Source: Lobosporangium transversale
Lineage: Eukaryota
Direction: 5' to 3'
Length of the DNA stretch: 64,000 bases
NCBI RefSeq assembly: GCF_002105155.1
Contig: NW_019029017.1
Coordinates: 62,001-126,000, forward strand
The translations under genes and the position numbers were made by a program. Numbering within the stretch: position 1 is the first letter of the stretch; each line of letters begins with the position of its first letter. The notes below the pieces were generated by a model. The model was not told where the DNA came from and searched no databases. It saw nothing but the letters and a program-made list of their open reading frames with translations. Positions 11,918 through 24,746 of this stretch are shown here, one piece after another.

Positions 11918-13930
11918 TTAAAGCTGCTTAGTCTTTCTTGTGATCATCTCGATCATTTGTTTGCCAACAACTGCGGCCTCACCAAACCGATCTTTAAAAA
12001 ACTGGGCGGTATCCTCAAACCGAATTCTATAGCCTTCCATATTGCCCAAAGCAATGCACTCCTGCCATCCACGGGCTGACATCATGAACTCCATATCGTC
12101 TTCTCGGATGTTCTTGTCGTAAAGTGCTGCCTGGATGGCGTCCTTGAGGTATTCCTCGTTCAAAAACAGATACTCGGAGATTCCACTGTATCGAAAAAGA
12201 AAAAAGTCGATGATTATTCTCTTGCAGTCCTCATAAAGCGTGCTTCTGCCGGTTTGCGAAAAGCGACTAAAAGAAAAACTTACAGCCAGAAGCGGAATAG
12301 TGGTGTTTGACAGACCATATGTGAGTAAGGATTCATTTTTAGTTGGCACCAGCAGTCAACCATGGCCAAAAGTGAGAGATGTGAGTTGGGTTTAATCTTT
12401 TCCTTTGGAACACTACCGAGAGAATACTGGTCCAACAAGTTATCTGAAAGAAGAATTGGCTCTGAATTCCCTCTGTTGCCAAATACGAAATCTCCAGCCT
12501 AAATCGTTAAACCGTGAGGAGCGTAAAACCGATATCTTAATCGACAGTCAACAGTTAAATACATTCCTTCAATGACTCCATTATTATTTTATCAACGTAC
12601 AGTACGGATACGGGTGATAAACTCTTCCTCCTTTTCCTGAATCATAAGTTTGAATAAAGCTGCCACTGACAAAGAGTATTGACGGACCTGGGCTTTAGCC
12701 GAGGGATTGAGAATTGCCAGCCCAGCATACACTATTTTCCAATGAGAGATGGACCACCAACACCTGGAGAGTCAGAATTCAGTTGAAAGTGGTCTCCTGG
12801 GGTAATAAATTTTGTTGCTGCCTTTATTTCTTATCGCTCCTCACAATCAATGTAACCTTACCGTGCCATTTGTTTGAGAGGATACGCATGGTCATATTCA
12901 CCTTGACGTTCTCAATACCCCCCGTATAAGTAGGATCAAACCACTGAAGACATAATTTACATTACGAGCACTGATCTGTCAGCCCTGTATTCATAATCAA
13001 CGCATTTTGTAAGCTGAATGATCGCCTCCAAGTCAATAGAGCATTTGTTCTTACAGGAAAGTTGTTTTGGTGTTTCCATGTCGTTCCCATGCTCAGGAAG
13101 GCCATATGAGTGACAGCCTGGGTATCCGCTGTGATCCGGTCATGTTCCTTGTAAGACAAATGTGCAATCTGACTCTCAAAGCAGCTCAGAATCCTCTCGA
13201 CAAGTGCTAGTTTTTCTGGAGATCCGCGATGGTTGATGATCACGAGCGGTTGTCCTCGAGAAGGGACAGTGGGGCCATGCATAGAATGACAAGTGATGAT
13301 GTATACATCCTCAGGCAGGTGCTTTTCAAATGCTGCGATTTCAGGTGCTTTAACGGATGTCTGACCCCCTACAATTGCGCCGATCTTTGTAGCTAATGAT
13401 AAAAAAATAAAAAATAAAAGAGAGAGAGAGAGAGAGAGAAAGCGGGGCAAAGAGAATATGAATATCATTGAGGACTAGAAAGCTTCTTGGAACCAATTGC
13501 AAAATTCACAAGTCCTTCTTCATTAACATTACATGGTCCGTATGTGGCGACAACAGTATTGATAAACTCTGCAGGCACAGAGTATAGGATCCAATCACTC
13601 TGTCTAGAGACGTAGTGCCCATCTTTCATCACTGTAATACCTGAATCCTTGAACTCCTCGCGTAAGGACTCATACTTCTCCGGCATATCACATACATTAA
13701 CACTTAAGAAAGGAAGAGTCGGCAGATTTATTATAAGTACTGTTATAGCGGTTTAATTTATCAATGTGTTCGAAAGACCGGAAAAAAAAAAAAAAAAAAA
13801 AAAAGTTTTCGTACTTTTTCCAACCGGCAGCGGAAAGTTTTCGGGCATAAAGTTTTCCCATGTCACCCATGCCAATGATGCCCAGCTGAATGGTTTCCAT
13901 TTCTGCAGAAAATTCAACGTTGAATGGCAT
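11918..13930 (-). CDS. TYR1: Prephenate dehydrogenase (NADP+), tyrosine biosynthesis; multi-exon
   Basis: GIIGMGDMG Rossmann motif, AIVGGQTSVKAPEI, CHSMHGP, EHDRITADTQAVTHMAFLSMG, GGIENVK, NKWH, PNSHLSLLAMVDCW, EYLF. Confidence 0.95.
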
Positions 13931-14087
13931 TTGGTAGAAATGAATTTTTTATTTTGATATTGAACTCACACCAGGTCGCGTGCCTTATTGAAGTGAACAA
14001 AGGAGAGAAGCAAGGATAGCGAGGAGAGCGAAAATTTAGGAGGCCATTTTACCAGGAACGACCACATGTTGGATTCAGTGACTGTGC

Positions 14088-14096
14088 TTGACTCAT
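14088..14096. promoter_or_regulatory. Gcn4/CpcA-type bZIP site (TTGACTCAT) upstream of TYR1
   Basis: TGACTCA core ~160 bp upstream of the TYR1 ATG; fits an amino-acid biosynthesis gene. Confidence 0.4.
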
Positions 14097-15024
14097 GATG
14101 GACACCACAAATATTATTTATCACACCAAAATCGCTTGTTTCTTTGGTGGCGCTTATTTCGAGTCGCGATTTCATTCTAATATGGCACCTCTTTTTATAT
14201 GCATTACAAAAAAGGGTAGGGGAAGAACCATGCGCTTTTTTTCCCACTGAAATACGTCTATAGCTAGCCATTATTTTTTTATTGGCCAAATATCGATGGA
14301 AGAACCTTTCTCAGAGGTAGCTAAATTGGTTACTGAAGTCTAGGGTGCTGATAAAAAATTTACAAAATCAAAAGGATAGTACTCCTAAGGGCTTCCCAGC
14401 CATAACGTCTGTGAGCAACGGCCAGAATCATTCTTCCACCTTCGACGAAGATAGCACCGCTACTGAATTTTGAATTTTTTAAAGATAATATCGCTGACTG
14501 CTTTCAAAGTTCGTCAGCAAATGAATGCGATGGCTTCCCAACCAAAAGCTATTTCTGGACGTAATAATATCAGAGCAGGCGTCTCCATCCTAGCCAGGCT
14601 AGATAGTTTTGCGAGATCTGCGAATGGCAGGTTTGTAGTCGGCAATGATCTGTTCACCAAAATGGTCGAAGGATGTGAAGCTTGATCCAGAAGAGGAAGA
14701 ATGAATGATAAGAATGAGTGAGGCCTTCTGTGGACGCGCCGAAGTTAAGTTGTTACACTAAATGGTGGTTGTATATATTGAATCGTTGATAGATCCGTAC
14801 TTTGTCTTTCCATACCAAGCCAAGTACTTATCCCGTATGCTTTTGTCCCTCTCAAAGACACGTTAAGGTTGGAGGAAAGAAAAAAGGCTTAACTGCTTAT
14901 GAAAATGTAGTATAATTTCATTTCATATAAACCGCATGAGATGTAAATCTCAAAGAAAATCCATACGGGTTTATTTCACACTTTAAGCATTTAGAGTAAC
15001 CCAATGTTAGTCAGTAAATTAGAA

Positions 15025-16142
15025 CTACCGGCCACGTCCACGCCCCTTCCAGCTTGGCTCATTCTGAACATCCAATCCAAATTGCCCGCTTCGCCTTCCA
15101 AATCCTTGTCCATGCCCATTCCGACTACTACCAATGGTACTAAATGCTCCTCCTAGTCGACCTGCAAACCGGTCACCAAGCGGATTCATTCGCTCTCCTC
15201 CAACCTCCACTCCAGCGCCACGCCCGTGTCGACTATGTTTTTGTCCTGAACGGCTATTACGTTGTGGGCCACCTCGATTACTAATTCCCCCTGCAGAACG
15301 CATTGGTTGCTGCTCCTTTCTCGCATTACGCGACAGAAATCTAGGTGTCGGTGATGTAATTGCAATATCCAGGTAATCGCCAATTACAAATCTGAAATCG
15401 TTCAATGTTTTTTCATATTCCTTGCTGGCGCTTTTTCCTGATAAGGCTGCTGTTACACCGGCTATGGCTATACTTGACCCTGATCTTTCACCGTGCTCGA
15501 CGTGGTCATTATGGTCATCATTATCATCCTTTATGACAAGCTCCTCCAATTGCGTCGGTGCATTCGCTAATGAATCCAGATGTGGGTTATCCAAGCGCAC
15601 GCTTCCAACGTCCTTTCCAACAAAAATGCCTTTTGTCTGATCAAGATAGATATGTCGAAATACAAGCTGGGCATCTGATCCAGCTTCTGATAATAAATCA
15701 GGGATTGCCTGCTTTACAAGAAATGCAATCTCTCCAAGCGTCGCGTTTTTCCATGTATAGAGTCGCAACTCTTCTGACTGTGGAGGTGTCGAAACAGGCG
15801 TAAAGTCATCGACTCTATGAGTGAACAGAGCATTAATATGGACAATTAGCTTTAATGACTTTACTATTGCCAGGTTTCCTCTGAAACTCATAGACGTACC
15901 GATGATGCTGCCCTGGATTGTAGTACATTTTCAACAGGAATGGACAAAGCTTATTGTTGTTATTGAACAAAAGCATCAGATCAGCTGTCTTTTTTTTTTT
16001 TTTAATGTGACTAAATGGTCGAGCTAAATCTTTAAATGTCCAAGGCTTTGAATGTGGAATATTGTTTTTAGTATACCTTCTCACGATCTATCACAATGGA
16101 TGTTACTCCTGTTTTGGTTTCTATGGATGCCTCTGCCTGCAT
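15025..16142 (-). CDS. SAP18: Sin3-associated polypeptide SAP18 (ASAP/PSAP complex) with RG-rich C-terminal extension; 3 exons
   Basis: Spliced IDREK|LCPFLLKMYY..GQHHR|VDDF..LYTWKNATLGEI..KTLNDFRFVIGDYLDIAI. Confidence 0.92.
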
Positions 16143-16300
16143 TGTCACGACTAATGTAATGATGAAGAGGAAGGATGGAAGGGCAGGATTTAAAACAGAA
16201 AGACCTGAAGTGACGTGTATTACAGCCATTTTGACCGCCTTTCCCCTACCCAGTTTCTCACACAAAGTAAACTATATAAAATAATGAGGACTATGCCCTC

Positions 16301-16594
16301 GCCGGTTTTCCACATGGAGAATTGGCCATATGGCCTGACTCCACCTGGCAAAGAATGGCGATTGCTGTCTAGGAGAGCCGAAATCCTCTACGCCGTGAGG
16401 CGTCGGAAGTGGCTACAATCCCAAACGTTCGCTCTCGAAGTAGCCGGCCGCAGATATACATCATGGGAGGTTCTTCCTTGCGAAAAAAGATGCCTAATGC
16501 CGAGTGCTAAGATAGACTGGACTGACCATGACAAGGCTAGTGCCAAGCTGGAGTACACAGTGCTATCGAAGCCCACTCCTGAGATAGTTTTTTT
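16301..16594 (+). ncRNA. Candidate structured ~290-nt ncRNA of unknown class (Pol III-like)
   Basis: TATATAAA at 16273, 5' hairpin, long-range 5'/3' helices, GNRA tetraloop hairpin, 3' hairpin followed by T7. Confidence 0.5.
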
Positions 16595-16830
16595 CCAATC
16601 ACCTCAATGGAGCAATTCATTTTATTGAGATAAGCTCCGCAATGTTGTCCATTCAAGGACCGAAAGTAAACTGTGGGGCCTAAAATTATTATTTTGTTAA
16701 TGGAAATTGGAGAAAAAATTGATCAACTAGCGACTGGTTTTTCAGCAAATAAGTGACCGGTCTTTTGTTTACTTTTTTTTTTTTTTTTTTATATATACTG
16801 AAAAACTCATTCTTAAACTCTGACAGCACC

Positions 16831-19800
16831 ATGGCACCACCATTCAAACGAGGTGGAGGAAGAGGAGGTGGACGTGGAGGAAGGGCTCGTTATGGGGTTG
16901 CTCCAGGCGGTCGACATAAAACCAGCACAACCAACCTACCTCAAGCACTGAGTCAAGAGCTGGAAGGCAGTAAGTTTCACCATCAAAAGCCGTCCTCTGC
17001 GTTTCAAAAGACCCATGTGGGTATATACAGCTTCAAGCTAATTCTCACCCTCTTTTCAAGCAGATACGTCAATCTTTTTCGCTGATGGCGATGATCGTGA
17101 CTTTAGCAAAAAGTTCAAGAATAAAGCTGCCGGACGGAAGGCTCGTAGAAAACAGGAGCGCGCAGAAAAGAAAAAGCATCGTGCACCGACAATGTCAAAG
17201 ATTGAACTTCTTACACGACAACAGCATATGATGCCTGCGAACCCCACTGCTCAAGGCAAAGGTGGTAGCAAAAAGAAAGGCTCCAACAAGAAACAAAGGG
17301 TTGATTCTTCACAGTTGGAAGTCAATATAGATGAACATGAAGGAGAGACTTTGGTGACAGATATAGCATCCGAGATTAAGAAAGACAAAAAGAAGCTGAA
17401 AAAAACCATTGGAAAAGCCGCTCCATCTCTCGACGGTTCTGCAGAGTTGGATGCTAGAAAGCTTGAGAAGCTATCAAAATCCAACCCAGCATTCTACGCC
17501 ATGCTGCAGGAAGATGGCGTAGTATCTGGTGGCGGATCAAGCTTTAACGAAGGCTTTGATGATGATGAGCAGTATATCCGGCACTACGAGAAAAAGTTGG
17601 GACTCAAGCGTAAGGATATAGACAAACTTACCTCTAAGAAATCGTTTTTGGATGACGGTCTTGGCGAGTTGTTAGAGGGTATTGAACTAGGCTCTAGGAA
17701 GAGGCGATCAAATTCAGGTGCCACAGCCCCTTCAGCAGCAAAACTCCTACCCAAAACTGAGCCAGTAAACAATTCTACTGGAAAAAAGAGAAGCGCTAGT
17801 GAAATCGAAAGTGACGAGGGAACGGAAGATGACGAGGCTGATGAGATTGATATAGACAACTTTGATCAAGACTTAGAGGGCTTTGAGTCTGAAGACTTGG
17901 ACCATTTTGAAGTGGGAGATAGTGGAGACGACAATGAATTATCAATGGCCTTTGATAGTGATTCAGAAGATTTTGGGTCAGAAGTGGAAGATAAAAAGGA
18001 AAGTGAGGACAACGAAGGCCCATCAGAAGAGGAAAGTGAAGACACGGAGGGAGTAGAAAGCGAAATACCAGATAAGGAATCTACAGTTACGACCATGGCA
18101 GCAGCTCACTCTGGAAAGTACCTACCGCCACATCTTCGGGCTGCTGCTGCTAGCGCTGCTACTGAAGAAGAGAGTGGTGCCTCCGCTCTTGCTAAATCTA
18201 TCCCCAGAAAGAATACAGAGGAGCTTTTGCGACTTCGTCGTCAGCTCCAAGGACTGCTTAATAAGCTGAGCGAAAGCAATATCGAGCCAATCCTTATGGA
18301 CATAGAAAGTCTTTACCGCAAATACCCAAGAGCAGGTGATACACTTGATATACTACCAAAAAAAAAAAAAAAAAAAAAAAAAAAAGAAAGAAAGAAAGAG
18401 AATAAGACAGGGCTTACCACTTGATACCTGATATTAACAGAAGATTCTGATCTCGATTTATAGATGTAACTGAAAACATCACAGAGATGATTTTGGCGTC
18501 CATATCTTCCAAAGCCAACCTGTTGGACTCATTTGTAATCCTGTATGCCGCTGTGGTTGCCAGCTTGTACCGTCTTGTTGGAATAGAGTTTGCGGCACAT
18601 TTCGTTCAAACGCTGATTGAACAATTCGACGCTTATCATGCGATGGCTTCGAGCACAAAGAGCACAGAAATGACAGACGAGACCCTAAGCGCTGCAAAGC
18701 AATGTACAAATCTGATAGTTTTGGTTTCAGAGCTTTATAATATGCAGGTAATTGCCTGCATTCTAGTCTACGAGCTGATTCGTTGGTTCATGACGGAACT
18801 TTCAGAGTTAAATGTCGAGCTTGTGGTCAGGTTCGTTAAGACATCAGGATATCAGCTTAGACAGGATGACCCTACAACTCTCAAAACCATTATCCAGGAT
18901 TTCACAGTTTTGGCGAATCAGACTACTGCAAAAGAGGGCTCTCAGAAGTCCATTTCGTCTCGTACACGGTTTCTCTTAGAAACATTGACTGCACTCAAAG
19001 CAAATCGAATGAAAGGACCTTCAACTAATTCAACTACATCAGGAACTATCGCAGAGAGCACTGTACGTATGAAGAAGTTTGTGTCTGGATTGAGCAAAAA
19101 GCGGACCACTTTCCCTAGTGAGCCGATGCGTGTTGGTTTGGCAGATATTCGTCAGGTCAAGACTAAAGGCAAGTGGTGGCTAGTAGGCTCAAGTTGGAAA
19201 AACAACATGGTGGGCGAGGAAAGCTCGCGTAAATTCTTAACTTCAACTGCGGATGACATGTTGGAAGCCGAGGATGAGCTTCTCAAACTCGCGCGGAAGA
19301 ATAAGATGAACACAGATGTGAGACGAAGTATCTTTGTTGTTTTAATGAGCAGCGAGGACTATGTTGACGCGTTTGAGCGATTGATCAAGCTCAATTTGAA
19401 GGAAGTACAGCAGCGTGAGATTGTCCGTATTTTATTACACTGTGCCGGCAATGTAAGCTTATGGCTTGTATCATGGCTCTAGCCATTTCATACTTGATGT
19501 TACTTTTTTATTCGTGTGTCTTATCTTTTATTTTCCTCCTTTTAAAATAGGAAAAGACTCATAACCCCTATTACACGCTTGTAGGACAGCGTCTTTGTCA
19601 ACATGATCATTCGTTCAAGATAACGTTCCAATATTCACTTTGGGATCTACTGAGAGAAATGGGTGCTGCAGATGTAGGAGGTATGGAAAAGGTCAAAAAT
19701 GGACAGGTGATTGGTCTCGATGATGGCTTAAACAACAGTGGGAAGAAGGTTGCGCTCCGTCGAATCATCAACCTCAGCAAAATGTATGGCTTTTTGATTA

Positions 19801-20183
19801 CTTCACAGGATCTAAGTTTGGTCATGCTGAAGACAGTTACCTTTACCTCATTACCCGAGCAGCCCACATTGTTCTTTCAACTCCTCTTGACCAATATCAT
19901 CCTGTCATCACAGCCTCAAGTCCACCCACCTCTCCAACAGCAACGGATGCAGAAGGAGGCGTCTAAGGAGAAGCCCAAGTACAATGCTCAAGCATTAGCT
20001 GATATCTTTATCCGTGCAGCCATAAATCCAACACTAGCACAAGGCATCATATTTTTCTTGCAAGCTTTTGTCAAGAAAGGTCAAGTGTGTCAGACAGATC
20101 AAGAGAAAGAGACGGTCAAGTGGGCATGTAGCACTATCAGAGAGGTCCTTCAGGGAGCTGTCAATACTGGTGGCCGGTTTTAA
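16831..20183 (+). CDS. SGD1: Nucleolar MIF4G + MA3 domain protein (Sgd1/NOM1); 4 exons
   Basis: KYLPPHLR, GLLNKLSESNI, LRQDDP, RTRFLLET, KGKWWLVG, MNTDVRRSIFVVLMSSEDY, YNPYY-like motif. Confidence 0.92.
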
Positions 20184-20948
20184 GTCACTAGTTGTATTCA
20201 TAGACCAAATTAAATATAATCATTTAGAGCAGAAGCACCTGACAGTTGTTGCATTACGAACGGTGGTCCTGGTTCCGTGGTGTACTAAATAAAAATGCGT
20301 CAAAGCATGTCTTCCATCTGTGTGGCCTTAATAGGAGCTCGTATCTGGGTCGCACTGGGACATACACTGCTGTGGGGAGAGTTGGAAGTCGCGGCTCTGA
20401 ATTGCATGGATTGTGGCATTTGCTGGGCGCGTGGATCGGAATCTCGCTTCATGGTGATCGCCAAGCAAATCCAAAGTCCAATCTTACACCCTTCCATCCT
20501 GTTTTTGTCGTAATAAGAATCCAGTATGTCTGTGCACCATTCACGAGGTCATACAATTTAATAGCATCCACAACACAGGAAGGCACTCTAGGTATTAAAA
20601 TAAGTCTTTCTGCTTGATGATCAAGACCTGACAAGTGAAAACCATGTAGTTCCACAGCCACCAGGCGCTATTACTCAAGGATATGATGTATTCCTACTAA
20701 TACCAGCCATAATTTTGTCTTCTCTTCCCTATTGCGCTTTTTTAAGAACCTCCACTTCTCTGCTCCATATTTAATTACACTCCAGGATTGATAACGTATT
20801 TGAAGTTCGAGAGGCCCAGTAAGCAACCTTATATTCAGTGTTCGTGGCATTCAAGGCTCTCCAAGGAGACTTTGACCTCTTGAGTTCCCCTCCGCCTTTG
20901 TCTTCTTTCTTACCTTGCTCTGCGTCTTTTGCCAACGTAGTAAAAAAT

Positions 20949-23900
20949 ATGTCTCTAAATGCCCACGATATCACGCCTCTGATTGCTCCACCTCGTCGTC
21001 CCTCTATGAATTACAATGACTGCGTCTGCAATATCACAAAAGTCATCAACCGGACACAAAAACCGCCGACTACCTCGACATCTACGTCCTCTGCTACCAA
21101 CGTCAACAATATTGAACTACCACCAACGAGTACTCCATTATCAGCAGGTCCCCGGCGGAAAGCTATATCAAACATCTCCATCATGCCTAGGCACATCCCA
21201 AAGGTATCCCCAAATACGAAACCGCCTTATGAGACGCCACCGAAAAACGACAATACAGTTAGAGCGAGAAACCATGACCGTGACATAAACCCCGTTTTTG
21301 ACGATTCGTACAGCAACTCAGGCCAAGGGGATAGGTACACACACCAACAACAGTGGCAAGAACTCCATAGCCATGATCCTAATCAGGACTACATATACAG
21401 CAAAGATTGTCTCAAAAGAAGGGCCAGTTTGAATAGCCCTACACGCGTTTCTGCGATGTCTTCCTGCTCTAATTCAATCCATCACCGTGAAACTATGAGT
21501 AACATGTTATATCCTTTGGTGAGCACTAAAAGGGGCCCATTCGTTATGAGCAATGATATGGGCCATAGATCAGTGGCGAGCCCTATCTACAACATGATCG
21601 ACAACATCACTCCTGCTGAAGGACTCCCAAATCAGCGACTGAATACCAAAAGTGGAAATGTTGATCAAAAATTCGGAGAACTTTTGAACGTTAGCAGTTC
21701 TTTTGTTGGGAGCAAAAAACGAGGCAGTGACACTTGTATCGGAACTGAGGAATCACTCCTGCTTTCGCCTCCATCGACTTCACTGCTTTCCATGAAAAGA
21801 GAGGGGGGTAATTCAGGTTCATTCTTCGGAAAGAATTGCTATTATGGAACGTCGCCTAGTACATCCAAGATATCCCTTCTTTCAAAAGTGTTTGGTAATC
21901 AGAATCAGCAACAGGGCAGGTACGGCGACGACGCTTCCAAGAGAAGCGTCCCTTGGGCCAATAATATAGGTGCAAGTAAGATCCTCGCATGGGAGATGCA
22001 CAAGAGCGTCCCATCATCAGGTTATGAGAACGAATCCTTTGCGCTATGGATCCGACCCAACACTCAGTCACGTACTGTAATTAGTGGCGCCGATGTGGAA
22101 AAAGCGGAAAGCGCAGCTGCAAACAGGAATGGTAAAGATGAAGCGGCGACTAGTAGAGATGACGAAAGGCAGAAAAAGTATTGTCCAGAGCTCGAGGACA
22201 TGAAGGTCTTAGAAGAAGTGCTTGATTTTGGTACGAGACTTCTCTGTACTTTTGCCAACCTTGATATGAAAGAACGATAGAACATTGGCACCATTATGCT
22301 GATCAGCTAATGTTCTTAACTTTCTACGGATTAGCAATCATTATATTGATGCGCGCGTCGGCCAGCCTATACCCATTTATATCGAGCGCCTATCCTGAGT
22401 CAATACCTTTGAACATCCGTTGGAAATTGCTTCAATATGTAAGGATAGAAGTAACCCGAATAATTGGACTTATAAGCATTGCTTTTAATTCAGCTTCGCG
22501 CATTAATCTTCTGTGGATGGATTCCTGTCAAAGGAGGATCGAGGGTGGAGATATTATAACGTTAGGACGCTCAAAGAGTACCAAGATTATGTGATGGTAG
22601 ATATCGGCTTTGCTATCCAGGCCATGATTGAAATATATGATCAGCAGGAGCGGCCATACAATCATCCTGACAACATTTACCGTGACGCAAAACTTTCCCA
22701 ACGACCTATCCCTGTTTTTCTTCCTCCAGATCGGACACGCTTGAGCAAGTTAATGAGTAACAATGGTGCTAACAAAGGGAGAAGCAACGGCAATAGCCAT
22801 ATTCCAGCTACATGTTCTTCTCCTAGCACATTGATACCGCCCTCCGTGATAGCTTCGACATCACTCAAAAAGCATCGTCGACACTCATCCGTTCCAGTGA
22901 GCAAACTAACTATTTCGGGCATGCTCACATCCATCAAACAGAGCCTACCTTCGCCCATGTCACTTCACTCTCCACTGCAAGACGGAAGAAGCGGCTTCAA
23001 TGAGTACAATAATTCATTTTATTCGTCATACCCAGATGGCACTCCTTTTGCACCTAGTTTACCTGCACGGTCAGCACTAATGTCTTATACTCAAGCCGAA
23101 CCAACGGAACACTCATATTATTACAGCCATAGTGGTGCTGGTACCCCTATTACCGCCACCGGAGGGAGTTTCCTTCCTCAATCTATTCAATCCATCATTA
23201 GTTCGTTCCGAGGTGGCTCTGTCAATGGAAGCTCCTCGTTATCTTTGGCTTACGGCTCCAATGCAAACATAACTATCCACAGTCCAAAAACGCAACCCAT
23301 AATGCCCTCCAAGCAGGAAGAGAAGCGCCAGCAGATGGAATATCGTTGGCGAGTTGATATAATGCGTCGAAAGGCCCACTTACGTGCCTGGGCATGTCGC
23401 TGTTTCCTTGATTTGTACGACTATTCTCTAATTGCTTCATATGGATTGCTGGAAGAGGAGTTTAAAGACTTGTATCGTATTATCAGCGCAATTGTTGAAG
23501 TGGATGCGAATGAAAAATCGCATGAAGTCTTGGAAGCAACAATATCGCAGGCTCGTGAACAAGAGAAGGAACCATTCAAACTTCGATACAGCCAATACAA
23601 GACTAAGGCCCCTACAGGAAAAGAGATTCGAGAAGCAAATAAGGAGGCCATCAGGCGATTTGAGATGGAGTATGCTGATCAAGCGCTTAGAGACCGCATG
23701 GAATACCCTATACGATCAGTAACTGATAATGATGATGATAGTTCGAAATTGGACAATTGTATCACCTGGCTTCGCCGCCCTCTCATATCCTATAAACACC
23801 CTCATGAGCCACAAAACAGTAACGGCGATGGATGCTCATCTTCTTGTTTACCAGGCTTTACCTCTGCTGGTGGTAGTGCTGAAGGCGATGGCGCATATGA

Positions 23901-24746
23901 CTGTATGGAGCTCTATGGCCTCCAAAACCATACAATTTGGGAGCCACTCCTCGATCGCCTTACCAAGTTTGACACTACCCATCATGAGCTTGACGCCCGC
24001 AATATCTTCCAGTTTCTCCGTCGCATGTCCCTTTATTCACCTGGAGTTGCGGACGAGCGTAACCTGCTTTCAGATGAATCCCGCGAGGAGATGTTGGCGG
24101 TTTTATGGGCAATTGAGAAATGTGTACAAGAGAGACCTGACTACCAGCAATCGCCCACTTGGTTCCGGCTTTCGTCGAGCGCCAGCGCTGTTCAGGCTAT
24201 TTGTGATGCAGGGGGTGTAATACCATATCTGAAGGGGTTAAAGGAAAAAGACATACAAGGACGTGATCCTATATTGCTTGTTAACCCAGTGACGCTGACG
24301 GGCTACTTCAAACGGCTGCTAAAGGAAGGTGGGGGTTTATTACTGAAGGAGACTACAGTGTTATTCGTGGAGCTGGCGAGACCTGCAACAGACAACGGTG
24401 GTAATAACTAAGTTTAAGAATCCGTTTTGTAATTTTTTTTAAGTAACGCTCGCCCGCTAACCTTGATTGGTGTCTTTTAGACTTTTGGAACCTAGAAAAA
24501 CTAAGTAGAATTGATCGCGCACTTCTTTATCGCGTAATCTGTCTGGATCAGAATCGTGGACAAGTTTTCTTGCGAATTTCGCGAGTAATGGACCAGATCC
24601 TTGAGTCTTCACCAAAGGACATGGAGCTAGATGCGTTTGCACTGTCCAAAATGGTGCAAGTTGTGGAGCTAAGTGGTGTTCTTGACTTGAAAGCCCTTAG
24701 ACGCTGGAATGGCGCATGGTCAGCCATTATTCTGGGATACATGTAG
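20949..24746 (+). CDS. Large uncharacterised protein with divergent C-terminal RhoGAP-like domain; ~4 exons
   Basis: ORFs 20838-22280 and 22513-24411 can be spliced in frame; last exon 24481-24746. WFRLSSSASAVQ and VTLTGYFKRLLKE resemble RhoGAP motifs. Confidence 0.6.

Noticed and set aside
16215..16628. 137-aa ORF between SAP18 and SGD1
   Set aside because: No recognisable protein motif; the region is better explained by RNA structure, though coding is not formally excluded
16668..16676. AAACTGTGG Met31/32-like site
   Set aside because: Sits upstream of SGD1 rather than a sulfur gene, and the factor is yeast-lineage specific
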